Assembly (NCBI GenBank): GCA_963813075.1
Contig: CAWEXU010000004.1
Span: 357,656 to 421,655 of the forward strand
Source: Methanotrichaceae archaeon
GTDB taxonomy: Archaea > Halobacteriota > Methanosarcinia > Methanotrichales > Methanotrichaceae
DNA: 64,000 nt
Direction of reading: 5' to 3'
The position numbers and the translations under genes are program-made. Below the pieces are notes generated by a model, which was given only the letters and a program-made list of their open reading frames with translations, had not been told where the DNA came from and made no database searches. Shown here piece by piece: positions 11,507 through 22,928 of this stretch. Within the stretch, counting starts at the first letter, position 1. Every line of letters begins with the position of its first letter.

Positions 11507-11845
11507 TTATAGCAGCCTGGTGGCCTCCGTTGGCCTGGGGGTCTTGACCACCAGGATTCGGGTGACTCTATCGCTCTGGTTCGACCAGCGATGGGGAATC
11601 TTTGCCGGGCTCTCGATCAGCGTATCCGGACCTACCTCTGCCTTTTCCTCGCCGATCTCCACCACCCCCACTCCCTCCAGGACATAAAAGATCACATCCA
11701 CCGGGGTGATGTGCTTTTTCAATGACTCGCCCGGCTGGAGGGTTATATGGACCACCTGGGCGCTCTCGGTATCGCTGATGCTCCGGGCATCCACCCCATG
11801 GGGATTGGGCTTGCTGGAGATATCCTTGACCTGCACGATCTTCAT
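11507..11845 (-). CDS. Cupin domain protein
   Basis: LQPGESLKKHITP...FYVLEGVG...PAKIPHRWSN; ATG 11845 with GGAGG upstream. Confidence 0.85.
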   Translation of the reverse strand: MKIVQVKDISSKPNPHGVDARSISDTESAQVVHITLQPGESLKKHITPVDVIFYVLEGVGVVEIGEEKAEVGPDTLIESPAKIPHRWSNQSDRVTRILVVKTPRPTEATRLL

Positions 11846-11940
11846 AAGTTCCTTATCTTTCCTCCATCCGGCATAAGCATTTCCCTGTATGCGGCATTGG
11901 CCCATGCATTCGCCAGATCATGCGAACACGTTGAATCGAT

Positions 11941-12683
11941 TCATCCCCGAAATGAATAACCGATCGCATTCTCCGGGCAGACCTCAACACAGCCGCCGCA
12001 GAGGATGCATTCGCGGTTTTCCATAACCCCCTGACGGACCATGAGGTTCACATCAAGGCTCATGGGACAGGTTCCTGAGCACCTTTTGCAATTCGAACAG
12101 CGGCCCGCATCAGCGAAAAGGTGCAGCGCAGGCCAGCGGAATAGGTTTCGGATCTTCCAACCGGCGATGAGAATTACGGCGATCGGGCAGAAGTAATGGC
12201 AAAAGCCACGCTTGCCGGCCAGCAGGGCAAAGGCGGTGAAAAAAGCGATCTGGACAAAGAATATCGTATACGACCCCGGTTGTGCAATTGATATGCCTTG
12301 ACGGGTATTATAAAAGAGATCAATAGTTGTCAGTCCACCTGCAGAGCGAATTGCAGAGAACGAGTGGGATAAAAAGTATGAACAGGAATACCGGATATTT
12401 AATCCAGTTCATCCACCCTATTCTGAACATTTTTATCATTTAGGAGAACTAAAATTTCCTGCAAGCCGCCTCCCGGGCAGAGCCATCCGCACCACAGCCT
12501 GCCCAAAACAAGAGAGCTAATGAAAAGGAAAACGAATACTATAAGCCCGCCAGTGGCAACTCCTTCCGATGCACCCCGGATAATTATCGGACAGGATATA
12601 TAAGCAAAGGTGGCAGGCAATAGCAGGAACGAGAGGACGATCATCGCTCTCCGGGTTCTCTGGCTGGCGGGAAATTTAGTCAT
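11941..12683 (-). CDS. Membrane 4Fe-4S binding protein (NapH/polyferredoxin-like); frameshifted
   Basis: GRLWCGWLCP in ORF 12399..12683; manual translation downstream gives FCHYFCP, CSNCKRCSGTCP and CILCGGCVEVCP with a stop at 11941. Confidence 0.8.
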
Positions 12684-12689
12684 AAAATT

Positions 12690-13094
12690 TTATATGACCT
12701 GCTTCCTGACAACCGTATCCGAAAGCCTATTGAAGAGCCGCTGCCTCTTTTCCCGATAGACAAATAGGCCGATCAGGCAATCGAGGGGAAGGAGAAAGGC
12801 CTTGCCCAAGGACTGCATGGCCGAATCCCCAAAGCCTATGGCCTCCCCATAAGGGCCCACAACCACGATATTGAGCAGCATCTTTCCCAGGGACTGCCCC
12901 CGGTATCCCTCCAGCGCCGTCCAGTAGACGAACATCAGAGCGGATAGCATCAGCAATGCGTCCAGCTGCATTGGATCGATCCCGAGGACCAACACCAATC
13001 TATGCCATACCAGGCCCATCAGCAGGACATCGATCAGCCAGGCCCAGAAGCGATCACTCCAACTGGCCAGCACCAATTCATCCAACCCAGTCAC
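12690..13094 (-). CDS. RDD family membrane protein
   Basis: LASWSDRFWAWLID, GQSLGKMLL, RQRLFNRLSDTVV. Confidence 0.85.
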   Translation of the reverse strand: MTGLDELVLASWSDRFWAWLIDVLLMGLVWHRLVLVLGIDPMQLDALLMLSALMFVYWTALEGYRGQSLGKMLLNIVVVGPYGEAIGFGDSAMQSLGKAFLLPLDCLIGLFVYREKRQRLFNRLSDTVVRKQVI

Positions 13095-13135
13095 TTCCCC
13101 CAGATTCAGTCTTAATCAATAGGCCTGATCCACCC

Positions 13136-14187
13136 TCAGGCCTTACTCTGCCTCTTCTTATAGATATAGACTCCAATGGCAATCAAGAGAATGACAGCCA
13201 GTGCTATCGGCAGGAGAAGAGAGCGGGCGGCAGGCTCAACCTTTACCGGTATTTTCATGCTCTCCGAGATCACCGTGTCACCGTTGACATCGGTATACTT
13301 GATCTCGCTGCTAATACCGTAATCCTTGGGCGTAGCATCGGAGTCAACATCCATCCGGAAGAGGACAGTGGTCTCATTTCCCGGCTCCAAATTCCCGATG
13401 AAGGCCTGATCATCGGTGGAGGAGAAGGGCTTGAAGATGGAAAGCCTGGCCACAGCATCCCGCACCGGTTCCTCGCCGATATTCCTGTAGGTGGCGCGGA
13501 TTTCTTGCTTCTTGCCCCCGGCCGTAAGCTCCGCGGTGGTGTTCTGGATCACAAAGTCTGCCTGCTTTTTGACCCGGATGGTGACGGGCACCGTCTGGTT
13601 GGCCTTCTGGTAGACATAAGAGACCCGGTAGTTGGAGAAGGTGGATGTGCCCCCCTCGGTAACTAGCTTCGAGGCATAAACCCGGACGTTATCCTGATAG
13701 TCATAAGTCATGTTCAGGTGGAGAGGATACTCTCCGGCAGGAGCATGCTCCCCGATCTTGATGCTGAACTTGAGAGGGGACTGGGTCTTGTCCCCAGACT
13801 TGAGCGACTCGACCACCTGGTCGCCTGACTTCACCTCAATCTGAGGCCCCTGGAGACCAGGGTGGCGGTGACCCCGAGAGCGGTGGGCTTCTTGTTCTCC
13901 TCCTCCAGTTCGGCACTGGCCAGGGCATACTCCTTGGCATTCTGGGGCATCTGGTCCTGCTTGAAGCCTATGATCCGGCCGTAGTTGGTCAGATCCAGAT
14001 AGAGGGTGACGGTATCTCCCCGCTCGAACTCATCTGTGCCGGATATGCTCGCGGATATGTCCGGACTGCCGTACATGCTGTAGTAATTGTCCCCGCCAAG
14101 CTCCAGGGGTATGTAGCTGTTCTGGGCTAACCCCGGAACCAGGAGGATGAACATCGAAGCCAGGGCGATGGCAAACTTAATTTCCAT
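13136..14187 (-). CDS. COG1361 S-layer-domain protein with C-terminal TM anchor; frameshift near 13832
   Basis: Signal peptide; EFERGDTVTL, AGEYPL, PFSSTDDQAFIGNL; C-terminal TM plus KKR. Confidence 0.8.
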
Positions 14188-16505
14188 TGATTCTTCTCCA
14201 TCTTTGGTTGTTTATAAGCGTAATAGCTCTTTTCAGTTCCTGTTTTGCATTCTCTAATACTTCTCGCTGAACTTCCATTCTGATGGCCAGGACCACGAAC
14301 ACGGTGAAGGTGGTGACCAGAGCGAGGACCACCGACATCACCGTGACCACTCCGAAGTTGCTGATAATGTTGAAAGGAGATGCGATCAGAGCGCCAAAGC
14401 CGAAGATGACCGCCATCCCCGATGCCACCAGCGCCGATCCTATGCGGTTGGCGGTGATCTTCAGGGCATCGTAGGGGTTGCCCACATTTCCCAGCTCCTC
14501 ATAGAAGCGCTCCATCATAAGTATGGAGTACTCAGAGCCCACCCCCAGGACCAGAGCGCCTAAAGTGGCGGTGAGGGGGGTGTACTTCAGCCCGCCGTAA
14601 TACATGACCAGACCCATCCAGCCGATCACCACCAGCATGGGCAGCACTGGCAGGAGGGCCTTGATCAGGTCCCGGTAGATCAGTAGCAGCAAGACGAAGA
14701 TCAGGAAGCAGACCAAGCAGGGACATCTCCACCCTCCCCTCAGTCAGGGCATCCATGACCGTGGTCATAAGCACCGGCTGGCCGGTGATCCGCACGGAGA
14801 CCCCAGGAGGTGGGGTATGCCAGGCCAGGTCATCCTCATAGGACCGGACCAGCCGCTCCATGCCTTCCGTTCCCAGGTTGAGCTGGGCATTGCCTATATT
14901 CACGTCAATTATCGCCAGGTTGTGGCCGTTGAGGTATGCATTGCTGACCGAAGGGGGCAGAGAGTCGATGATCTCCCGGGCTCTAGTGGTATCAGCGGGC
15001 AGCTCTCCCCCATTGGCCGCTTTGATATAGGTGGCAATGCTGGTGGCCAATTCCGTCCGGTCCTCTCTGGACCTCATCAGGTAGCTGCCGAAATCATCCA
15101 TCCATTTGAGGTTCTCGGGATCGGTGACATCATCTGCCTGGATCAGGAACTTGATTGAGTCAGTTCCTCCATAGACGTCTTTCATATGCTTCAGGTCGAT
15201 CAGCGGCGGCAGGTCCGAGGGGATATAGTTCTGGGAGTTCGTTTCTATGGGGACCAGAACATCGGCATAATTTCCCGCCAGGGCCAGGATTAAAGCCAGG
15301 GCCAGAACCGCCTTCCATCTCTCTATGCAGAAGGTGGCAGTCCTCTCAATGAATGAGCCAATTGGCGAGCCATTCTCAGAATGGGCTGCAGCCATCTTCT
15401 TTCTGGGCAACCTCTTCTCGGACTGATAAAGGATGGTCATGTTAACAAAAAGGGCGGATAGGTAGCACATGACAAGACCTATCATGCACATCTTTCCGAA
15501 GTCCTGGGTCGATGGCACGGTGGAGCTGAGAAGAGAGAAGAAGCCCGCTTCGGTTACCGCCAGGGCGACGAGCACCGGGATGGCCACATATTTCACCGTT
15601 CTCATAGACGCTTCCAGGACGGTCTTGCCTTTGGTTATCTCCTCATCCATCCGGTTGTGAAACTGGATGGCATAGTCTATGCCTATGCCGATCATGATGG
15701 GGAAAGCGGCAAATGTGGTCATACCCATGCGAATATGGAGGAGGCCCATAGCACCCAGGGTCCAGATGATCCCCAGCAGGACCACGGGCAGGGGGAGAAG
15801 CGACCACCTGACATGCCGGAAAAAGAGCAGCAGGGCCACGATCATCAGCAGGCCGCACAGGGCGAGGATCTGACCGTTGGTGCGGTTCATCATCTCCATG
15901 ATCGCCGCCTGGAAGGAGGGGTCGCCGGTGATGGTCACCCCGTATCCCGAGGGGAACTCTGCATAATCCACTGCGTTCTCTATTTCCTGGAGGAGCTTGT
16001 TTCGCTGCTCTTCGTTCAGGGTGGAGGTGGTGGGCATGCCGATGATGATCCGGGTGTGGCCCCGATCCGGCATCAGCTGGGCAATGGCGGAGCCTGCATT
16101 GGCCAGGATTTCGTCTATCCTATCCTGCGAGGGGATCTGGCGGATGCCCGTTCTTTTGTATTCCTCGTCCGCTACCCAGTCGGCAGCGCTCTGCACGCCC
16201 AGGACATGCTCCACCTGGTGCATATGATCCGATAATCGCAGGATGGCAGAGAGAACCTCGGCCCTTGCCACGTCATCCCCCTCGATGAGAATCATATTGC
16301 CATCAGAGCCGAAGTTCTCCAGGTAGAGGTGATCGTAAAGCTGATAGAGGGCGGAATCTTTGGAGACGAAGGCCTCAGTGGTCATGCCCTGGCTCTCTAT
16401 CTGCTGTGCATAGTGAAAAGAGACCAGTGTCAGGATAACTGCTACCACGATGATTATCCCAGGATTGCCCGTGATCCATGCTCCCAATCGCTCCAGGTCA
16501 GCCAT
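14177..16505 (-). CDS. RND/MMPL superfamily transporter (archaeal HAE3 family); frameshift near 14716
   Basis: IGIGIDYAIQFHNR and LGVGSEYSILMMERF motifs; duplicated RND topology. Confidence 0.88.
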
Positions 16506-16685
16506 AGCAGTTAAACCCTCTATCCGGATTTTTTCGAACGAACCAAATTGTGGCGATATACTTAAACTTTGTGTCTTGTTGATGAAAGGTTATGGCGATA
16601 GCTCCCCCGGTTTATCCAGATCTACCCCGCCACCAGTTCCCTAATTGACGGAAGCTTAATCTTCGATGAGGCCCAATTCACTGCC

Positions 16686-18060
16686 ATGAAGCTGGAGTTC
16701 TATGGAGCTGCCGGAGGGGTTACTGGTTCGCATATGGTCCTTGATACCCGGGATTTCCGAATTGGCATAGATGCAGGCCTCTTTCAGGGAGGCGATACCG
16801 ATCGGAACCAGGATGGCTTTGGCCACGACCCCAATCGACTGAAAGCCATGCTCCTCACCCATGCCCATGTCGACCACAGCGGCAGGATTCCCCTTTTGAT
16901 TAAGGAGGGCTTCAGGGGTCAGGTCTATTCCACCGATGCTACAAAAGATCTCTGCCAGCTCATGCTCCAGGACTCCGCCCACCTGATGGAAGAGGCAGCG
17001 GAAAGGGAGCGCCGCCATGCCCGCGAGATGAAAAGGCCTCCTCGCCCACCTCTATACACCAAAGAGGATGCCGAAAGGGCAGTAGGCCAGTTCAAATCGG
17101 TAGACTACTCAAAGAAATTTAACACTCGGTGACATATCGGTTCGATTCAGCGATGCGGGCCATATCCTGGGCTCAACTATTATCGAGATGGATATTGGCA
17201 AAAAGAGGCTGGTCTTCAGCGGAGACCTGGGCCGGCCGGACACCCCCATCCTCCGTGATCCCCAGAGGGTGGATGAGGCCGACTGGCTGGTGCTCGAGTC
17301 CACCTATGGGGATCTGGATCACGAGAGGATGCCTGATCGGGGAAAGAGGCTTTTCCAGATCGTCTCCGAGACTGTGGAAGAGGGCGGGAATGTGATAATC
17401 CCGGCCTTCGCCATCGGGAGGACCCAGGAGATCCTCTATGAGCTGAATCCCTTTGCAGAAGCGGGCAAGCTCTCCGGGGTGAAATGCTTTGTGGACAGCC
17501 CCATGGCCATCTCCGCCTCTGAGATCTACCGCCGCCATCCGGAATGCTTCGACCAGGAGACCCTTGACCTCATAAAAAGAGGTGACAGCCCGCTGGAGTT
17601 TCCGGGAATGGAGTACGCCCGCAGCAGGGAGAAGTCAAAGGCGATAAATGAGCTGAAGGAACCGCATATAGTCATCTCGGCCAGCGGAATGTGCACCGGA
17701 GGAAGGGTGCTCCATCACCTGATGCAGAACATCGAGAGAAAGGAGAGCACAATACTGTGCGTCGGCTACCAGGCAGAGGGAACCTTGGGGCGAAGGCTGC
17801 TGGAGGGCATAAAGAGCGTCCAGATAATGAACCGAGAGTTTGAGGTGCGGGCGAGGATCGAATCGATGGACGCATTCTCCGCCCATGCCGGCAAAAGCGA
17901 GATCTTAGAATGGCTGCGCGCTTTTGGAAGCTTTCCCGGCCAGGTCTTCCTCAACCACGGCGAGGATCATGCCACAGAGGCACTGGCTGAGGCCATCAGA
18001 AGCGAGTTTGGCGCTAGTGTCACCATTCCAAAAATGAATCAGAGCTTCAACTTAGACTGA
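16686..18060 (+). CDS. MBL-fold beta-CASP metallo-hydrolase/ribonuclease; frameshift near 17130
   Basis: THAHVDHSG, AGHILGS, FSGDLG, ESTYG, FSAHA, NHGE motifs. Confidence 0.9.
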
Positions 18061-18135
18061 TGGCGGTGGGGAAGACCTCCTTTAAGGCAAAAGCCTATTT
18101 AGGACTGAGGCTATAATGAAGCGCGAGGTGCTAAG

Positions 18136-18264
18136 ATGAAAGTAACCTATACCAAAAAGAATGGAGAAAAGGTAGAGCAGAAGTTTGACACTGAGGAAGA
18201 GGGAAAGAAGCTGAAGGAGAAGCTGAAGGCACAGGGTGTCACAGACGCCAAATGGGAGTGGTAG
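18136..18264 (+). CDS. Small 42-aa Lys/Glu-rich protein
   Basis: MKVTYTKKNGEKVEQKFDTEEEGKKLKEKLKAQGVTDAKWEW; GAGGTG RBS 5 nt before the ATG; below the ORF-track cutoff. Confidence 0.7.
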   Translation: MKVTYTKKNGEKVEQKFDTEEEGKKLKEKLKAQGVTDAKWEW

Positions 18265-18444
18265 AGGCAGAAGATTTTGCTGAAAAATGCAAAGTCTCTT
18301 CAAGCTTAATTTCTTTCCACTATTTTTTGGGAATCGGCACACGGTATTGTTTTCCTGGAGTTTCACCCCCTTTGCAGTGCTTATAGTATCCAGTTGTTTG
18401 TAAAAATAAATTGCAAATTAATCCTTAAAACGCTGGGTTTTTGC

Positions 18445-18482
18445 TCTTGATATCCGATATTTGTCTTGATAGCCGATATTTG
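18445..18482. repeat. Tandem 19-bp direct repeat (2 copies, 1 mismatch)
   Basis: TCTTGATATCCGATATTTG then TCTTGATAGCCGATATTTG. Confidence 0.85.
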
Positions 18483-18587
18483 GGCCCCAATCATCCACCA
18501 TCTATAAGTAAAAGCATTGTACATAGTTATTAATTGCACTTCGCCCGAACCGGCTTGGTGATCTGCATTTGAAAAGATGGTGTTCAT

Positions 18588-20072
18588 ATGACAATAAGTG
18601 ATCAGGTAACTCAGATCGTTGGGCCTATCAGCCCCAATATCTTCGGAGCTCTAATCGTCCTCATTGTGGGGTGGATAGTGGCCCTGATTGTCAGCTCGCT
18701 CGCTGGCAAAGCGCTGCGCCGTACAGCAATGGATGAGAAAATTGCTCAAATGGCAGTGGGAGAGGAAAGGGCCAGGTCCATAGACTCGAATCGATGGATT
18801 ACCCGAATAATTTATTATGTACTATTATTCTTTGTAATCGTGGCATTCTTTGAAACTCTTGGCCTCACCCTGGTTGCTCAGCCCTTGAATGAGATGCTCA
18901 CGGTGGTCTTCGCCTATATCCCCAAGCTCTTTGCCGCCCTATTGATTGCGATCGTCGCTTTAATCCTGGCGATGGTTCTTAAGAGGGTGGTACTGACAGT
19001 GCTTCAATCGGCAAAAGTCGATGAGAGCGTAGGCAGCAAGGCGGGAATGGAGAGAAAGGATGTGCCATTGAGCCAGACCATTGCCGAGATCGTATTCTAT
19101 CTTGTGCTCCTCCTCTTCCTGCCCATGGTCCTCAATGCCCTCTCTTTGGGCGGGCTTCTCGAGCCCTTGCAGGTGATGATGTCCAAGATGCTGGCCTTCC
19201 TCCCCAATCTGCTGGCAGCAGCGGCCATCCTCCTCGTGGGCTGGTTTGTCGCCCGCATCGTGCAGAGGATCCTCACCAGCCTGCTGATTGCAATCGGCTC
19301 GGAGAGACTGAGCGAGAAGGTGGGCCTCTCCAGGGTATTGGGTGAGCGGGGGCTGGCCGGCCTGATCGGCCTGGTTGTCTATGCCCTGATACTGATCCCC
19401 GTCCTCATGGCTGCTCTCCAGGCCCTGGACCTGGTATCTGTCACCGGGCCGATCTCCAATATGCTCAACCAGATACTGGCGGCCCTCCCTGCAGTCTTCG
19501 GCGCCATACTGATCCTGGCCATCGCTTATGTGCTGGGAAAGATCGTGGCGGAGCTGGTCACAAACCTACTGGCAGCGGCGGGATTCGATTCCATTCTGGT
19601 CTGGCTGGGCCTGGGAAAGGAGCCGGCAGAAGGAGCGAGAAAGCCCTCCCAGGTGATAGGCAGCCTGGTGCTGGTGGCCATAATGCTCTTCGCCCTGATA
19701 GAGGCATCCAGAATCCTCAACTTTGCCCTGATGGCGGACCTGATCTATGAGTTCATCATCTTTGCCGGACAGGTTCTGGTGGGACTGGTGATACTGGCCA
19801 TAGGCATTTACCTGGCCAATCTGGCCCATAACACCGTGATGGCCAGCAACACCACCCAGGCGAAGATGCTGGCGCAGGCTGCCAGGATCTCTATATTGAT
19901 ATTCGCCGGAGCCATGGCCCTGAGGCACATGGGACTGGCAAATGAGATCATCAACCTGGCCTTTGGACTGCTGCTGGGCGCATTTGCCGTCGCCGTGGCC
20001 CTGGCATTCGGACTGGGTGGAAGGGAGATCGCCGCCCGGGAGATTGAGAAGTGGTTGAAGTCCATGAAATGA
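18588..20072 (+). CDS. Conserved TM-helix-repeat protein (CmpX/MscS-associated family)
   Basis: Repeated PNLLAAAAILLVGW-type units; C-terminal ALAFGLGGRE. Confidence 0.85.
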   Translation: MTISDQVTQIVGPISPNIFGALIVLIVGWIVALIVSSLAGKALRRTAMDEKIAQMAVGEERARSIDSNRWITRIIYYVLLFFVIVAFFETLGLTLVAQPLNEMLTVVFAYIPKLFAALLIAIVALILAMVLKRVVLTVLQSAKVDESVGSKAGMERKDVPLSQTIAEIVFYLVLLLFLPMVLNALSLGGLLEPLQVMMSKMLAFLPNLLAAAAILLVGWFVARIVQRILTSLLIAIGSERLSEKVGLSRVLGERGLAGLIGLVVYALILIPVLMAALQALDLVSVTGPISNMLNQILAALPAVFGAILILAIAYVLGKIVAELVTNLLAAAGFDSILVWLGLGKEPAEGARKPSQVIGSLVLVAIMLFALIEASRILNFALMADLIYEFIIFAGQVLVGLVILAIGIYLANLAHNTVMASNTTQAKMLAQAARISILIFAGAMALRHMGLANEIINLAFGLLLGAFAVAVALAFGLGGREIAAREIEKWLKSMK

Positions 20073-20193
20073 GGTTGCCTGCACCATGGATCCGGGGATT
20101 GAGCGGTATTATCTGCCGCACTCCCGCTTTTTTTGATTGAGATCTGTCTGTACCATAGAAACGATTTAGTAATCCAGAGGAGATCGAGGGATT

Positions 20194-21477
20194 ATGTTTG
20201 GATCCAAAGATCATCTCAGCTTTAAGCATAACCACCTGTACATCGAGGAGGTTGACTGCTGCCAGCTGGCCGCAGAGGAGGGCACACCCCTGTATGTGAC
20301 CTCCGAAAGGAGGCTACGAGAGAACATCCGACGCTATCATAAAGCATTTCCGGATGCTGAGAAATACTTCGCGGTGAAGGCCAACGGCAATCTGGCCATT
20401 CTGCGAGTCGCCGCCCAGGAGGGAATGGGTGCGGACATATTCTCTGCCGGGGAATTGGCCCTGGTCAGGATGGCGGGCATCCCTCGGGATATGATCCTTT
20501 TCAACGGCAACTCCAAGAGCGAGAAAGATCATATAGCCGCCCTCCAGGCAAAAGTTCGCATCTCCGTGGACTCACGAGAGGAATTGGAGCACCTGGCCAG
20601 CACTGCTAGTGAACTGGATTTGGAGGCCGAGATACTTTTCCGGGTCAACCCCGATGTATCTCCAAAGACCCATCCCAAGATCGCCACCGGCCTGAGGTCC
20701 TCGAAGTTCGGCATACCGGCGGAGCAGGTGGTCGGGACCTATCAGAGGGCGATGGAGCTTGATGGGGTGCGGCCAGTGGGACTGCACTGCCATATCGGCT
20801 CCCAGATTCTGGACACTGCCCCCTTCGCCGAGGCGGCGAATAAGATGATGGATATAGTTAGAGAAGTGGCGGCAAAAGGGGGAAAGGTGGAGAGGATAGA
20901 CCTGGGAGGAGGCCTTGGCATCCAGTACCATCCAGACAATCCCGCCCCCCAGCCCTCCCAGCTCGCGGACGCTGTCCTGCCGGTTATCCAGGACGGTTGC
21001 CGGGATCTGGGGATCTCCCCCCGGCTTATGCTGGAGCCGGGCAGGAGCATAGTGGCGGACAGCACCATCATGCTCACTACGATTAACGAGGTCAAGAGGG
21101 CACACGTCAACTTCGTGGCTGCGGATGCGGGCTTCAATGTTCTGGCCCGGCCCATGCTCTACGACTCCTACCATCATGTCCTGGCGGCCAACCGTGCGAA
21201 TGAGCAAGGTGATGAGACCTATACCATCGTCGGCCCTATCTGCGAGAGCGGCGATGTGCTGGCCCGCGACCGCCTTCTGCCCCGTCTGGAGAGAGGCGAT
21301 ATCCTGGCGTTCCTGGATGCCGGTGCCTATGGCTTCTCCATGGCCTCCCAGTACAACGGCCAGCCGAGACCAGCAGAGGTCCTGGTCTCAGGGGATAGCT
21401 GGGAGATCATCCGCCATAGAGAGAATGAGAGCGCTCTATTGGCCGGGCAGACCATCCCACCCCAACTGATGTGGTAG
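20194..21477 (+). CDS. lysA: Diaminopimelate decarboxylase
   Basis: FAVKAN PLP lysine, SKFG, HCHIGSQ, DLGGG, EPGR, GPICESGD, DAGAYG. Confidence 0.95.
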   Translation: MFGSKDHLSFKHNHLYIEEVDCCQLAAEEGTPLYVTSERRLRENIRRYHKAFPDAEKYFAVKANGNLAILRVAAQEGMGADIFSAGELALVRMAGIPRDMILFNGNSKSEKDHIAALQAKVRISVDSREELEHLASTASELDLEAEILFRVNPDVSPKTHPKIATGLRSSKFGIPAEQVVGTYQRAMELDGVRPVGLHCHIGSQILDTAPFAEAANKMMDIVREVAAKGGKVERIDLGGGLGIQYHPDNPAPQPSQLADAVLPVIQDGCRDLGISPRLMLEPGRSIVADSTIMLTTINEVKRAHVNFVAADAGFNVLARPMLYDSYHHVLAANRANEQGDETYTIVGPICESGDVLARDRLLPRLERGDILAFLDAGAYGFSMASQYNGQPRPAEVLVSGDSWEIIRHRENESALLAGQTIPPQLMW

Positions 21478-22124
21478 GCAGTATGAGCGCTGATCTGTTA
21501 GCTGCTGCGGAAAAGATTATGGGCCTGATCCAGCCGCTGCAACAGGGGCCGTTCTCTATGGACCTGGGCAAGGTATTGGTCTATGTGCAGTCGGTGTCAA
21601 GGAGCCTGGACTCCTCTCGGGCCGCTCTGAAGGCATTGGAAGAGAAGATGGCCACAAATACGGGTGCGGAGCAGGATGAATACGGCAAGAGGAAGGCAGC
21701 CATAGAGCAGGCCTATGAGCGAAGCCATAAAAACGCCATCGCATTTGCTCGCCGCAATCTGGATTCGGCACGGATCCAGGCTCTGGAGGCCTTGGTGCGG
21801 CGCCCCCGCCTGGCCAGCAAAGCCGATCTGGATAAGAGGGGCCTTGCCCTGCAAAAGAGCTTCGACCGGATGGACGACCCCGCCCCGGCCATGCTGGATC
21901 ACTATATAAGCACCTCCGATCCCCTGAACAAGTATCTTGTGGCCGGCCCCTGGGGCCACGAGTACCTGCAGAAGAGAAAGATCGATTCAGAGGAATATGA
22001 CCTCACCCTCTGCGGGCTGTTGGACTGCCAGGATACTCTTGAAGGAAGAGTGGTGACTAGCTACCCCTCCATCTGCCGGGCGATCGATGAGCTGGAGGCA
22101 AAAGCTCTGGACGCCCTGGATTGA
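21471..22124 (+). CDS. Hypothetical protein
   Basis: 217-aa helical ORF filling the gap between lysA and sufC on the same strand. Confidence 0.7.
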   Translation: MVGSMSADLLAAAEKIMGLIQPLQQGPFSMDLGKVLVYVQSVSRSLDSSRAALKALEEKMATNTGAEQDEYGKRKAAIEQAYERSHKNAIAFARRNLDSARIQALEALVRRPRLASKADLDKRGLALQKSFDRMDDPAPAMLDHYISTSDPLNKYLVAGPWGHEYLQKRKIDSEEYDLTLCGLLDCQDTLEGRVVTSYPSICRAIDELEAKALDALD

Positions 22125-22193
22125 ATCCCCGGGCCCGGAGGCAGCAAAAGGTAATATAATCCCTGAGCCAGACTAAGCGGGTAATTGGAGGTG

Positions 22194-22928
22194 ATGCGGC
22201 TGCTGGAGATTGAAGATCTGTCGGTCAGCATCGGCAGTAAACAGGTTTTAAAGAACTTCAACCTTAGGATTAATAGTGGCGAGACCCATGCCCTCTTCGG
22301 CCCCAATGGGACGGGCAAGACCACTCTCTTGAATGTCATAGCCGGGATTCCCAGGTACACCGTCGATACAGGGCGCATTGTATTCAAAGGAGAAGATATC
22401 ACTCACATGACCATGGACGAGCGGGCGCGCCTGGGTATAGGCATGGCTTTTCAGCGCCCTCCGGCCATTCGCGGCCTGAGGCTCAAAGACCTGATCAAGA
22501 TCATCAATCCCCAGGCAGATAGCGATGGCATTCTCAAGGCGATGGACTTTGAAGCCTTCGCGGAGAGGGATGTCAACCGGGGATTCTCCGGCGGAGAGGT
22601 GAAACGCTCGGAGATGGTCCAGCTTCTGGCCCAGCAGCCGGACCTGGTGATGCTGGATGAGCCGGACTCGGGGGTGGACCTGGAGAACATCAAGCTCATA
22701 GGCGACGCCATAAACCAGCTCACGCAGAAGGATCAGCGGCCAAGCTACCGGACGAAATCGGGGATCATCATCACCCACTTCGGCCATATCCTGGATTACA
22801 TGAAAGCAGACCGGGCTCATGTCATGCTGGGCGGAGCGATCGTCTGCAGCGGAAATCCGGGCGAGATCTTAGAGCAGATCAAGAAAAGCGGATACGAGGG
22901 TTGTGCGGGGTGCGCATGTCAAGCATAG
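22194..22928 (+). CDS. sufC: Fe-S assembly ABC ATPase SufC (SmsC-like)
   Basis: GPNGTGKT, GFSGGEVKR, LDEPDSGVD, C-terminal CAGC; GGAGGTG RBS. Confidence 0.9.
   Translation: MRLLEIEDLSVSIGSKQVLKNFNLRINSGETHALFGPNGTGKTTLLNVIAGIPRYTVDTGRIVFKGEDITHMTMDERARLGIGMAFQRPPAIRGLRLKDLIKIINPQADSDGILKAMDFEAFAERDVNRGFSGGEVKRSEMVQLLAQQPDLVMLDEPDSGVDLENIKLIGDAINQLTQKDQRPSYRTKSGIIITHFGHILDYMKADRAHVMLGGAIVCSGNPGEILEQIKKSGYEGCAGCACQA

Noticed and set aside
1031..16545. Shared 10-mer GAACGAACCA at 1031-1040 and 16536-16545 upstream of two minus-strand genes
   Set aside because: A single 10-mer match between intergenic regions is plausible by chance and the distances to the starts differ
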